Source: Gemmatimonadota bacterium
GTDB taxonomy: Bacteria > Gemmatimonadota > Gemmatimonadetes > Longimicrobiales > Gaopeijiaceae
Assembly (NCBI GenBank): GCA_034521595.1
Contig: JAXHMG010000003.1
Span: 2,336,001-2,400,000 of the forward strand
DNA length: 64,000 nt
Direction of reading: 5' to 3'
Shown: piece by piece, positions 10,018 through 18,780 of the stretch
Numbering within the stretch: position 1 is the first letter of the stretch
Layout: each line of letters starts with the position of its first letter
Made by a program: the position numbers and the translations under genes
Notes under the pieces: model-generated
Told to the model about the DNA's origin: nothing
Database searches by the model: none
What the model saw: only the letters and a program-made list of their open reading frames with translations

Positions 10018-11717
10018 CGGTCCTCTCCTCCTCCCAGCGTGACGGGCACCGTGATCGAGCCACCCGCCCGCTCGGCGAACACCTCTATCGCGGCGGAAAC
10101 GCCGGGCTCTCCCGTCACGAGCCAGCTGAACTCCGCTCGCCCCCCCATCCCTTCGATTCTGGGGATCTGGTGTTGCATGTCGTCACTCAGGAGGTCCAAG
10201 TCGTCGTTCGGCACGAGCCGCACGTTGATCGGCCGGTTGAACCGGATGCGCTCAGCCAGATCGAGCTGAGTCGGGAAGTACGCCTCGTTCGCGAGCGTGG
10301 CGGTGATCCGCCACACACCCTGGCCTCGGGCTTCCACCTCGACATCGACCACCTCCACTTCCGGAAGACGGTTCCCCAGCCACAGGGCGAACTCCGCGTG
10401 CCGGTCCAGAAGTCCGTCGAGCTCCGATGCCGGAGGATTGACGCGCGCATTGGGCGCGAACCCTCCGACCTCCACCTCGCCGAGCTGCGGATGCGTGGCG
10501 GGCCTCCAATCCACGTAGCCGTCCACGCCGACCGAATCGAACAGGGCCAACCAGCGCGCATCGACCGGCTCGGAGCCGGCCGGTGGGGACCAGACGGGGG
10601 TCGTGAAGGACGGCAGGCCCATCTGGTAGTACGCGAACTGCGGGAAGGAGCCACCCTCATTGGGCGCCCCCTCGCCGCTCAGGCCCGTCAGCTCCCGGAA
10701 CCGCTCGCTCACGTACTCGAAGTACGGCCGGTCGTCCGCCGTCAGATTCGTCGGCACGCGAGGCGGGTTACCGGTCACCGCGGGCGGAGGTTGGCGGTCC
10801 TCCGGAGTGGGTGAGCGCAGATTGTCGAACGCCGAGAAGGTGAGCACCGCCGCAATGTTCGGGTGCTCGAACACGAAGTCGACCAGCGCCCGCGACTCCA
10901 CCTCGCTGACCATGTGCGGGCCCACGTGCGGCTCGAAGTACTGGTACTCGTGCTGGAAGTTCAGGTTGAGATTCACGCCGTCGCCGCCCAACGGGACGTA
11001 CGCGTCCAGGCTGTCGGGATGGATGCCCTCGGCCATCACCTCGTACACGCCGCCCTCCTCCCGGGCGGGCATGGCTTCCCGCAGGAGCCGCGGGTCTTCT
11101 TCGCGCTCCACCAGCTCGCCTTCCGGAGACCGTACACGCATCCGCGTCACGAGTCCGTCGCCGTCCAGGTCTCGACCGAACTCACGCGCATTGAGGCCAC
11201 CCCGCGCCGTGTTTCCCTGGTACGGCTTGTACGCCGTCTCATGGCTCGGGAGCGTGAAGACCAACTCGGCGCCGTCCGGGTTCGCGCGGGGGATCAGATA
11301 CACCGTCCGGGTATCGAGCATGTTGGTGACGGCGTCGTCGGAACCGTACGCATCGAGGAGCCGTTCCGCGACCCGGAGCACGGCGTGGGAGCCGGCCACC
11401 CGGTTCGCTTCGAGGTTGCCCACGACGAGGAGCGCCGGGCGCTGGTCCAGCGCCCGTCCCGACTCGGAGCCGAGGGTGAGGAGCCACACGTCACGCCCGC
11501 CCTCGGAGCGCGCCAGGCTCGAGACACGGGCCAGCTCGTCGCCTTCGTCGGCGAGCTCGTCCACCGCGGAAGTGAGCGCTTCGTAGTCCATGTACGCGTC
11601 CGCGGACTGTGCGCCCACGGCGGCCGGCATCCAGCCGGCCACTAGAGCGGCAGCCGAGGCTCTGACCGCCCAGGTGACCCAACCGCCCCCCCTTCCCCTC
11701 ACGACCGATCGTACCAT
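10014..11717 (-). CDS. M14 family peptidase homologue lacking catalytic residues
   Basis: Same fold motifs (YLIPRANPDG, DLDGDG, HPQLGEVEVGGF), but HxxE is replaced by LEANR, NR by NL, the third His by S and the Glu by P. Its stop overlaps the next start (ATGA). Confidence 0.85.
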   Translation of the reverse strand: MVRSVVRGRGGGWVTWAVRASAAALVAGWMPAAVGAQSADAYMDYEALTSAVDELADEGDELARVSSLARSEGGRDVWLLTLGSESGRALDQRPALLVVGNLEANRVAGSHAVLRVAERLLDAYGSDDAVTNMLDTRTVYLIPRANPDGAELVFTLPSHETAYKPYQGNTARGGLNAREFGRDLDGDGLVTRMRVRSPEGELVEREEDPRLLREAMPAREEGGVYEVMAEGIHPDSLDAYVPLGGDGVNLNLNFQHEYQYFEPHVGPHMVSEVESRALVDFVFEHPNIAAVLTFSAFDNLRSPTPEDRQPPPAVTGNPPRVPTNLTADDRPYFEYVSERFRELTGLSGEGAPNEGGSFPQFAYYQMGLPSFTTPVWSPPAGSEPVDARWLALFDSVGVDGYVDWRPATHPQLGEVEVGGFAPNARVNPPASELDGLLDRHAEFALWLGNRLPEVEVVDVEVEARGQGVWRITATLANEAYFPTQLDLAERIRFNRPINVRLVPNDDLDLLSDDMQHQIPRIEGMGGRAEFSWLVTGEPGVSAAIEVFAERAGGSITVPVTLGGGEDR

Positions 11718-11959
11718 GCTGTTCACGTCCTTCCGGGAATGACCGATACACCCGCGCTCGGTCGGCGCGGTCCGTAGCGTCCAGCTTGTAAGGTGTGGGT
11801 CAGGCGGAACAGACGCCAGCGAAACGAGCGACGGATCGCCTTTCGGTGGCACCCGAGCGCACGCTCGATCCCCGGACTCCCGCAGGCTCCCCTCACGCGC
11901 TCGGCACCTTCTTGCCGACCTCCGGCGCGCCGCGCATCCTGAATCCATCAGCTGACAGC

Positions 11960-12232
11960 CTAGCAGCCCGTGGCAGAAGTCTGGTGGGTCGCGCACGAGG
12001 GTCTTGCGGATATCGTACAAGGAAGAGCGACGAATGCGATGCCGAAGCATGGGGAGGAGCTATGACGTACGATGCCGCAACCCCTCGTGCCCTTCGGTTG
12101 GGCGGCACGGCCCCATCTCCGTCGTTGCCACTCCTCGACGTAGCTCAGGGCTATGCCTTCGTCGTGTCGCCTAGGGTCTGGGGCCGTGGCGCTCCCAACG
12201 CGACCCACCAGACTTCTGCCACGGGCTGCTAG
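11960..12232. mobile_element. 273-bp MITE-like element with perfect 34-bp inverted ends that include terminal CTAG
   Basis: ctagcagcccgtggcagaagtctggtgggtcgcg at 11960-11993 and its exact reverse complement at 12199-12232; no transposase; internal hairpins. Confidence 0.8.
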
Positions 12233-12243
12233 GAGACACCGCG

Positions 12244-13098
12244 ATGAACACGTCCCGAACCACGTCACGCAGCATCTTCCTCACCGGAGGCACCGGATAC
12301 ATCGGGAGCGCCGTGGCGCGGGGTCTGGCTGCGGCGGGCCACCACATACGAGCGCTCGCGCACCACCAAGGCGCGGTCGAAGCCTTTGAGAAACAGGGAT
12401 GGGAGCCCGTGCGAGGAGGGCTCCGCGACCTCGACATCCTCGCTTCCGCGGCCCGCGAAGCGGAGGCCGTGGTGCACGCCGCGAACACCGGCGACGAGAA
12501 GGCAGCCGAGGTGGATGACGCGGCCGCCCGCATGTTCCTGGACGCGCTGGACGGTAGCGACCGTGTCTTCATCTACACGAGCGGAGTCTGGGTGCTCGGC
12601 CCCGGCACGGCGGACGAGCGCTCCGAGCCGGACCCCATCGCCCTCGCCACCTGGCGGGCGCCGCTGGAGCACGAGATCCTGCAGGCGAAAGACCGGGGCG
12701 TCCACACGGTCGTCTTGCGACCGGGCGTCGTCTGGGATGGCGGCGGGGGCCTCCCCGGCATGCTCGGACGAGAGGAGCTCCCCGTCGTCGGTGACGGCAC
12801 GCAGCGGTGGCCGTTGGTGCATCTGGACGACCTCACGGACCTCTACCTACGCGCGCTCGACGCACCCGCAGGCTCGATCCTGCACGGGATCACGGACACC
12901 GCGACCATGAACGAGATCGCGGCCTGGGCACGAGTCGAGGCCGGGCGTGCCGGACCGGCCCCATCCGTCGGCATGGAGGAAGCGCGATCCACCCTCGGAG
13001 CGTTCAGCGAGGCCCTGGCTCTGGACCAGGTGGTCGACGCGGAAGCCACGCGTCGCCTCACGGGTTGGGCGCCCCGGCACACGTTCCCCGCACCGTGA
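12244..13098 (+). CDS. NAD-dependent epimerase/dehydratase family (atypical SDR)
   Basis: IFLTGGTGYIGS, FIYTSGVWV, WPLVHLDDL. Confidence 0.9.
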   Translation: MNTSRTTSRSIFLTGGTGYIGSAVARGLAAAGHHIRALAHHQGAVEAFEKQGWEPVRGGLRDLDILASAAREAEAVVHAANTGDEKAAEVDDAAARMFLDALDGSDRVFIYTSGVWVLGPGTADERSEPDPIALATWRAPLEHEILQAKDRGVHTVVLRPGVVWDGGGGLPGMLGREELPVVGDGTQRWPLVHLDDLTDLYLRALDAPAGSILHGITDTATMNEIAAWARVEAGRAGPAPSVGMEEARSTLGAFSEALALDQVVDAEATRRLTGWAPRHTFPAP

Positions 13099-13122
13099 AG
13101 GCGCCGTGTTCAGCGTGGTCGC

Positions 13123-15201
13123 TCAGACCAGGTCCCGGAGGATCGTCTCATCCCAGTTCCGCGTATAGACCCGCCTGTCGCCCTCGAACGCGTCCAGGCT
13201 GGCCCAGATGTGGAAATGGGTGGGCGTGGAGGTGAGCACGGTTCGGGTCTCGGTCCGGACGGACCACCCCTTCCGACGTAGCTCCCAGCTCCATCGAGCC
13301 TCCCCGCACACGCTGTCGAAGTCGTCCGCCACCGACGAATACTCCTCTTCGGCCCGCACCCGGTGGATCAGGTCGGCATGGGGGAGCCGGTAGGTGCCCG
13401 GGTCGTTCACCACCTCCAGGGTCGACGCGTCGGTGGCCAGGTCTCGGTGCACGAACCAGTTGTGCTCCGGGGGCTCGACCATCTTTTTGGCCAACGGTCG
13501 CGCACCCTCCGGATGTCCGAACGCCGGAAGGCTGGAGTCCTCCGGACGTTCGGGACGCTCGGGGAGGCGAAGCACGCTCGTTCCGGTCCGGACGTGGAGC
13601 GTCGCGGGCTCGGGCGGAGGCCAGGCCAGGGGCCAGTACGACGTGGAGATGGCCAAGCGAATCCGGTGGCCGGAGGGGAATGACTGGGCGACCTCGTTCA
13701 TCCGCACCGTGACCCGGTAGTAACGACCGGGCTCGACGGGCTCGGGCTCCTCACTGCCGTCCCTGTGCGTCAGGTTCAAAAGCCCGTACGTGATCCGCGT
13801 GGCCTTGCCGTCCGGGCGGATGTCGGAAAGGCGTACGGCGACCATGGCGACGGGCCGGTCGGAGGTGAGGTCCAGCTCCAGCTCCGGCGCCCCCAGAATG
13901 TCGAATCCCTCGTCCAGCGGGCCGGTCTGAAACACCAGCGCTCCACCGTCCTCCTGGCGCTGGTCGTGGGCCAGGTCGGGCCCCGCCGCGTAGGAGCACC
14001 ACTTGCCGGCGAAGAGGCCGGTGGTAAGAGGGGACTGGATCGCGATGTCCCTGACGTCCACCCCGTCCGGCGAAGCTGCCCCCTCCTCTCCCTCGTCGCT
14101 CGCGGGGACCAGGTGAACGCCGGGAGCCAACCGGTACCGGCGGTCCCGGATCCGGGGCGATGGCCAGGCGTCCTCGGCCACCCAGTGTCCCGGCCGGTGA
14201 TCGTAGGAGGTGGTGGGCGGAACGCTGTCCTGCATCCAAGCCCGAAGCATGGGCTCACGGTCGATTTCGTTCTCTTCGTTCCGCAGCCATCGGTCCCACC
14301 ACCGAACCGCCTCCTGGAGGAACCCGATAGCGGGACCCGGAACCCCGAGATGCGGATATTTGTGGCTCCAGGGACCCACCAACGCCTTCCGCGGAACATC
14401 CAGGTTCCGGAGAAGCCGAAACACGGCGTTCGAGTATCCGTCAGCCCATCCGCTCACGGCGTAGACGGGTACCTGGATCGCCCCGTAGTCCTCGCACACG
14501 GAGCCATGCTTCCAGTAGTCGTCCCGACGCTGATGCCGAAGCCATTTCTCGAGCCAGAGGCCACTTCCGTCCAACCGCTCCCGCCACATCTCCCGCCAGG
14601 CGGGACCCACGATCTTCGGGTCCGGTGGCAGGCTGTTGAAGGCGAACATCGTCGAAGCCCACGACAGGTTGTCCCCGAGGAGGCATCCTCCCATGTGATG
14701 GATGTCGTCGGAGTACCGGTCGTCGGTGGAACAGACCGTGATGATCGCCCCCAGCTCCGGAGGGCGGAGGGCCGCGACCTGGAGCGCGTTGAACCCGCCC
14801 CAGGAGATCCCCATCATCCCCACGGACCCGCTGCACCAGGGTTGTTGGGCGATCCAGCGGAGCACGTCCAAAGCGTCTTCCTGCTCCTGCCGGAGGTACT
14901 CGTCCTCCAGGACGCCCTCCGAGTCCCCCGAACCGCGCAGATCCACCCGCACGCCGGCATAGCCGTGCCCGGCGAAGTAGTGGTGAGCGATCGAGTCCTG
15001 CCTCGCCTCCACATCCCGCTTCCGGTAGGGGATGTACTCGAGGACCGCCGGCACCGGGTCCGCCTCGGCTCCCGCGGGAAGCCAGAGCTTGGCCGCCAGC
15101 CGGGTCCCGTCCGGCAGGGGGATCCAGACATTCTCAACGACCCGAACCTGGTGGGGGAAATCGGTCACCGGCCGGAGAAGGGGCGTCTCGGTGTCGGTCA
15201 C
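13123..15201 (-). CDS. CocE/NonD family hydrolase (peptidase S15 / alpha-amino acid ester hydrolase-like)
   Basis: LEYIPYRK, DLRGSGDSEG, GISWGG nucleophile elbow, GWADGY, VGPWSH, C-terminal PepX-like domain. GTG start overlaps the upstream stop (GTGA). Confidence 0.93.
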   Translation of the reverse strand: MTDTETPLLRPVTDFPHQVRVVENVWIPLPDGTRLAAKLWLPAGAEADPVPAVLEYIPYRKRDVEARQDSIAHHYFAGHGYAGVRVDLRGSGDSEGVLEDEYLRQEQEDALDVLRWIAQQPWCSGSVGMMGISWGGFNALQVAALRPPELGAIITVCSTDDRYSDDIHHMGGCLLGDNLSWASTMFAFNSLPPDPKIVGPAWREMWRERLDGSGLWLEKWLRHQRRDDYWKHGSVCEDYGAIQVPVYAVSGWADGYSNAVFRLLRNLDVPRKALVGPWSHKYPHLGVPGPAIGFLQEAVRWWDRWLRNEENEIDREPMLRAWMQDSVPPTTSYDHRPGHWVAEDAWPSPRIRDRRYRLAPGVHLVPASDEGEEGAASPDGVDVRDIAIQSPLTTGLFAGKWCSYAAGPDLAHDQRQEDGGALVFQTGPLDEGFDILGAPELELDLTSDRPVAMVAVRLSDIRPDGKATRITYGLLNLTHRDGSEEPEPVEPGRYYRVTVRMNEVAQSFPSGHRIRLAISTSYWPLAWPPPEPATLHVRTGTSVLRLPERPERPEDSSLPAFGHPEGARPLAKKMVEPPEHNWFVHRDLATDASTLEVVNDPGTYRLPHADLIHRVRAEEEYSSVADDFDSVCGEARWSWELRRKGWSVRTETRTVLTSTPTHFHIWASLDAFEGDRRVYTRNWDETILRDLV

Positions 15202-17900
15202 GCTTCCGCCGCCCCCGGGGCCGGCTCGGAGGCCACGGGCTCGATATCGAAGGGCAGCTCGGCCACGCACCACCGGTAGCGTTCCAGCAGCTCCCGCTGG
15301 TTGCGAGCGCCGACGTAGACGATGGCGAGGGCATAGCTGTAGCTGTCTTGCTCGAAGAGCTCCGAAAGCCGCATCCCTGGCGCGACCTGTAGCTGAACCA
15401 CCGTGCCCGGGATCCGCTCCTCCACGGCCCGGATCGTTTCCGGATCGGGCACGCTACGAACGATCCCGTCCTGGAATCGCCGGATGAAGAACGTGGCAGC
15501 CCTGGCGAACGCCCCTTCGCGACTCGGGATTCGAGGCTTGCGACCGAGCCCGATCTCGACGGGCACCTGGTGGTTCGTCACCCCATCCACCTTCTCGAAT
15601 AGGTCACTGTGATGTTGGGCTACCCGGGTATTGATCTCCACGAGTCGGATCACGTCCCGACGCTGGTCCCACTCGAACTCCATGTTGAAGGCCGAGTGGT
15701 CGAAGCCGACCTGCTCCAAAATCCGCCGTCCCACGTCGACCATCCGACTTCTGACGCTCGTGGGGAGGAGGGTAGGGTACTCGTAACGGGCGAACGTGGA
15801 GCGGTTGCGCTCCCGGATCGAGTCCACGATTCCGTGATACCCCATCTCCCCCTGATACATCCATCCTTCCAGGGTGCACTCCCGTCCCGAGATGATCTCC
15901 TCGGCAATGCAGTAATGTCCGTCCACCCCCTCGACCTCCGGCGGAAGGTCCGCCTGCTCGAGGACGAAATTGAACGGCTCGGCGATTTGGCTGATAGCAG
16001 CGCGGATCCTCGCGATGGCCCGGGCAAGGTCCTTGCGGTTCCCGATCCGGAAGCCCATTTGGGAAGCGACGCTCTTCACGGGCTTGATCCAGAAGGGGTA
16101 CGGAAGGGGAATGTCGGCTACGGACGCGTCGTCGAAGGGATTCACCGGGGCGAAGGCCGGCACGTGCTCGGGGATCGCCTTTTTCTGTTCGAGCCGGCTC
16201 CAGTACTTGTGCTCGCAGCGGAGCACGCTCTCCAGCGTGGGGGATCGCACCCCGAAGCGCCGGCAGAGAATGGGAAGCATGGTGCTGACGGGAAAATCCA
16301 TGTACCCGACGACGGCGTCGATCGGCCCATCGAACGCCGAGAGTCGACGCTCGGCCCGGCGTAGATAGTCGGGGAGATCGTAGTTCTTGGGCTCCTCCAG
16401 GAGACTGTGGAACGTGCAGTCGGCGGCGCTGTCGAGCCGTTCGAGCTTCGTGCGATTGAACTCGTTGAGTCCTACGAGGAAGACATTCCTCTTCCGCTGC
16501 GCACCTTCCGCCGGGGCAGGTTCGTCCTCCCTGCGGTGTTCCTTGACCCGGGTGCTCACCACATGTCGGCTCCCGCGGGTCGCTTCCTCCCAGCCGAACG
16601 TCCCACCCGTCGCCTCGTCCAGGAACGTGAATGGAAGGGTCTCCGTGACCGTTCGGTGGCGCTCCATGAGCTCGCGCTGGCTCCCGGCCCCCAGGTGGAC
16701 CCTGGCGTAGATATAGCTGTAGCTGTCCTGGTCCTGGGGATCCATCTCGGAGAGCCGCATCCCGGGCTCGAGCGGTACTTCGACGACCGTCCCCGGCAGT
16801 TCTTCGGCGAGTCGATCCAGCTCCACGGCCGTGGGGGTCCGGATGGCGCGGGCGTCCCGGAAGCTGCGGAGAAAGAACTTCCCCGCCCGGTTGAACGTGC
16901 CACCCCCCTTCGTCCATTCGGGTCGGCGTCCGAGGGCCAGATCCACCGCCACCCGATGGTGCGGCGCTCCGTCCACCTTACTGAAGAGATCCCCGTGGGA
17001 CTGAGAGATCCTCGGATTGATCTCGAGCAACCAGATTCGATCCCGGGCAGCGTCCCAGAAGAGCTCCATGTTGAAGGGAGCGTCGTCGAGCTCAATCCAC
17101 GAAACCACCCGACGGGCCAGCTCGATCATCCGACCCTGGACCGCCCGGGGCAGCCGCGAGGGGTATTCGTAGCGCGAGAAGGTGGACCGATTCGCATGCC
17201 GGATCGAATCCACCACGCCGTAGACCTCCACCTCGCCCCGGTGAACGAATCCCTCCAACGTGCACTGTGACCCCGAGATGAGTCCCTCGGCCACGCAGTG
17301 GAGGCCGCCTACCTCCGCGATCTCCGCCGGCAGCTCCGCCCGCTCCAGGAACGCGTTGAACGGCTCTCCCAGGTCCCCGATCCCTTCCCGGATCGCCTTG
17401 ACGGCATCCCGCAGGTCGTTCCGGTGTCGGATCCGGAAGCCGAGATGCGAGGCGAACGACTTCACGGGCTTCAACCAAAAGGGGAAGTCGAGCTCGATCG
17501 CCGCCACGGCCTCGTCGTCGAACGGATCCACGGCGACGAACGGCGGCACGTGGTCCGGAGCCGCCGCCCGCTGCTCCACCCGGCTCCAGTACTTGTGCTC
17601 GCAGCGAAGGACGCTTTCGTAGGAGGGGCCCCGGAGACCGAACCGCCGACAGAGCAGGGACACCATCAGACTCACCGGAAAATCCCAGTAGCCGATGATC
17701 GCGTCGGCCCCGCCCGGGGTCTCCGAGATGATCCGGCTCGCCTCTTCCAGGCGCTCCTCGAGAGGGAAGCCGCGGAAAGCGGTCACCTCGTCGAGGCTCA
17801 GCAGGGGAAGGAAGCGAAGGTCCCGGTCGCCCGCACTCAGGGTCTCCAGCTTCTCGTGGTTGAAGTCGTCGAGGCCGACGACGAAGATGTTTGCCGGCAT
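15198..17900 (-). CDS. Tandem (double) ATP-grasp domain protein, 900 aa
   Basis: Two homologous halves, each with CEHKYWSR, PFW(L/I)KPVKS, (A)E(G/E)(L/I)ISG, FNME and EIN(P/T)R. Confidence 0.88.
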   Translation of the reverse strand: MPANIFVVGLDDFNHEKLETLSAGDRDLRFLPLLSLDEVTAFRGFPLEERLEEASRIISETPGGADAIIGYWDFPVSLMVSLLCRRFGLRGPSYESVLRCEHKYWSRVEQRAAAPDHVPPFVAVDPFDDEAVAAIELDFPFWLKPVKSFASHLGFRIRHRNDLRDAVKAIREGIGDLGEPFNAFLERAELPAEIAEVGGLHCVAEGLISGSQCTLEGFVHRGEVEVYGVVDSIRHANRSTFSRYEYPSRLPRAVQGRMIELARRVVSWIELDDAPFNMELFWDAARDRIWLLEINPRISQSHGDLFSKVDGAPHHRVAVDLALGRRPEWTKGGGTFNRAGKFFLRSFRDARAIRTPTAVELDRLAEELPGTVVEVPLEPGMRLSEMDPQDQDSYSYIYARVHLGAGSQRELMERHRTVTETLPFTFLDEATGGTFGWEEATRGSRHVVSTRVKEHRREDEPAPAEGAQRKRNVFLVGLNEFNRTKLERLDSAADCTFHSLLEEPKNYDLPDYLRRAERRLSAFDGPIDAVVGYMDFPVSTMLPILCRRFGVRSPTLESVLRCEHKYWSRLEQKKAIPEHVPAFAPVNPFDDASVADIPLPYPFWIKPVKSVASQMGFRIGNRKDLARAIARIRAAISQIAEPFNFVLEQADLPPEVEGVDGHYCIAEEIISGRECTLEGWMYQGEMGYHGIVDSIRERNRSTFARYEYPTLLPTSVRSRMVDVGRRILEQVGFDHSAFNMEFEWDQRRDVIRLVEINTRVAQHHSDLFEKVDGVTNHQVPVEIGLGRKPRIPSREGAFARAATFFIRRFQDGIVRSVPDPETIRAVEERIPGTVVQLQVAPGMRLSELFEQDSYSYALAIVYVGARNQRELLERYRWCVAELPFDIEPVASEPAPGAAEA

Positions 17901-18065
17901 GACGGACGTTTACCTCCCGGGTGGAAACGGATCCTGCGAACGGCGATCCTGACCCTCCGCAACTTGGCGGGCCGCTCGTCGATTTGCCAGCTTCGACCGT
18001 CGGGAACGAGCCGCGCGACGCTCCGTCACTCGCCGCCGCCCTAGCGTCGTCCGGGTCACCCGACG

Positions 18066-18470
18066 CGCCTCCCTCGACGCGGTAGCCACGCGCGCGGTTC
18101 GGGACGAGCGCGTGGTCGGTGCAGTAGGTCGTCGACTCGAGCTCCAAGGGTACGAAGAGGTGCTCGTTCAGGTAGCCGCCGTACGGCCGGCCGCTCACCC
18201 GCTCAATCACGAGGCCCAGGAGGAAGTAGCCCGAGTTGCTGTACGCGAAGCGCGTCCCCGGTGCGAAGTCGGAGGGCTCGTCGGCGAAGATCGCCATGAG
18301 CTGCTCCGGCGACAGCTCGAGCGTCATCGTCTCGCACCACTCCTGCAGCGTCGTGACGTTGCGGATGCCGGCCGTGTGGTTGAGCAGATTCCGGATCGTC
18401 ACCTCGTGGCCCCGGGTCGGGAATTCGGGGACGTACTGCGTGACGGGATCGTGGAGGGAGAGCTCCCCTC
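18066..18470 (-). pseudogene. Internal fragment of class C beta-lactamase-like serine hydrolase
   Basis: [53 protein letters not shown]; SxxK N-terminus and C-terminus missing. Confidence 0.8.
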
Positions 18471-18735
18471 CTCCACCTTGTGGCGGACATCGATCGGGAC
18501 GGGGCCTTCGCATCCCTCGTCGGCACATGGAGCCTCCTTCCACGTGAGGACCGGAAGCGGCTGGGAGGCTTCGTCCTCAATCGCTTCCGTGGCGATCCCG
18601 CTCTGCTCGGCCGGTGCCGTCGGTGTCGTCCGCTTCCTTCAGATCGCGACCTTCGACGACGTGCTTCCCCTCGACAAGGCTCCGGGCAGCGATGGAGGGG
18701 TCGCATGGGACCAGATCGCCTCAGAATTGACGTAG
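18471..18735 (+). pseudogene. cobQ: Remnant of cobyric acid synthase
   Basis: [17 protein letters not shown]...[14 protein letters not shown] resembles the CobQ DIDRGG..NKFRGD motif; after a frame change [18 protein letters not shown] resembles CobQ IAV.RLP.ISNF.DF.PL. Confidence 0.72.
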
Positions 18736-18780
18736 GGGCGAAGGTGGCCGCCTTGGTTCAGGCCGTGGTCCCCACATGAA

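Noticed and set aside
11760-11950. Possible glycine riboswitch upstream of the M14 pair (CACCGAAAGG-like)
   Set aside because: Lacks the GGAGA and CUCUCAGG core elements; a covariance-model search would be needed.
17955-17975. Sigma54-like promoter upstream of the ATP-grasp gene
   Set aside because: GG-to-GC spacing is 11 rather than the required 10.
17092-18543. 483-aa ORF as a real gene
   Set aside because: Only about 135 aa resemble a serine hydrolase; the rest is an alternative frame of the ATP-grasp gene.
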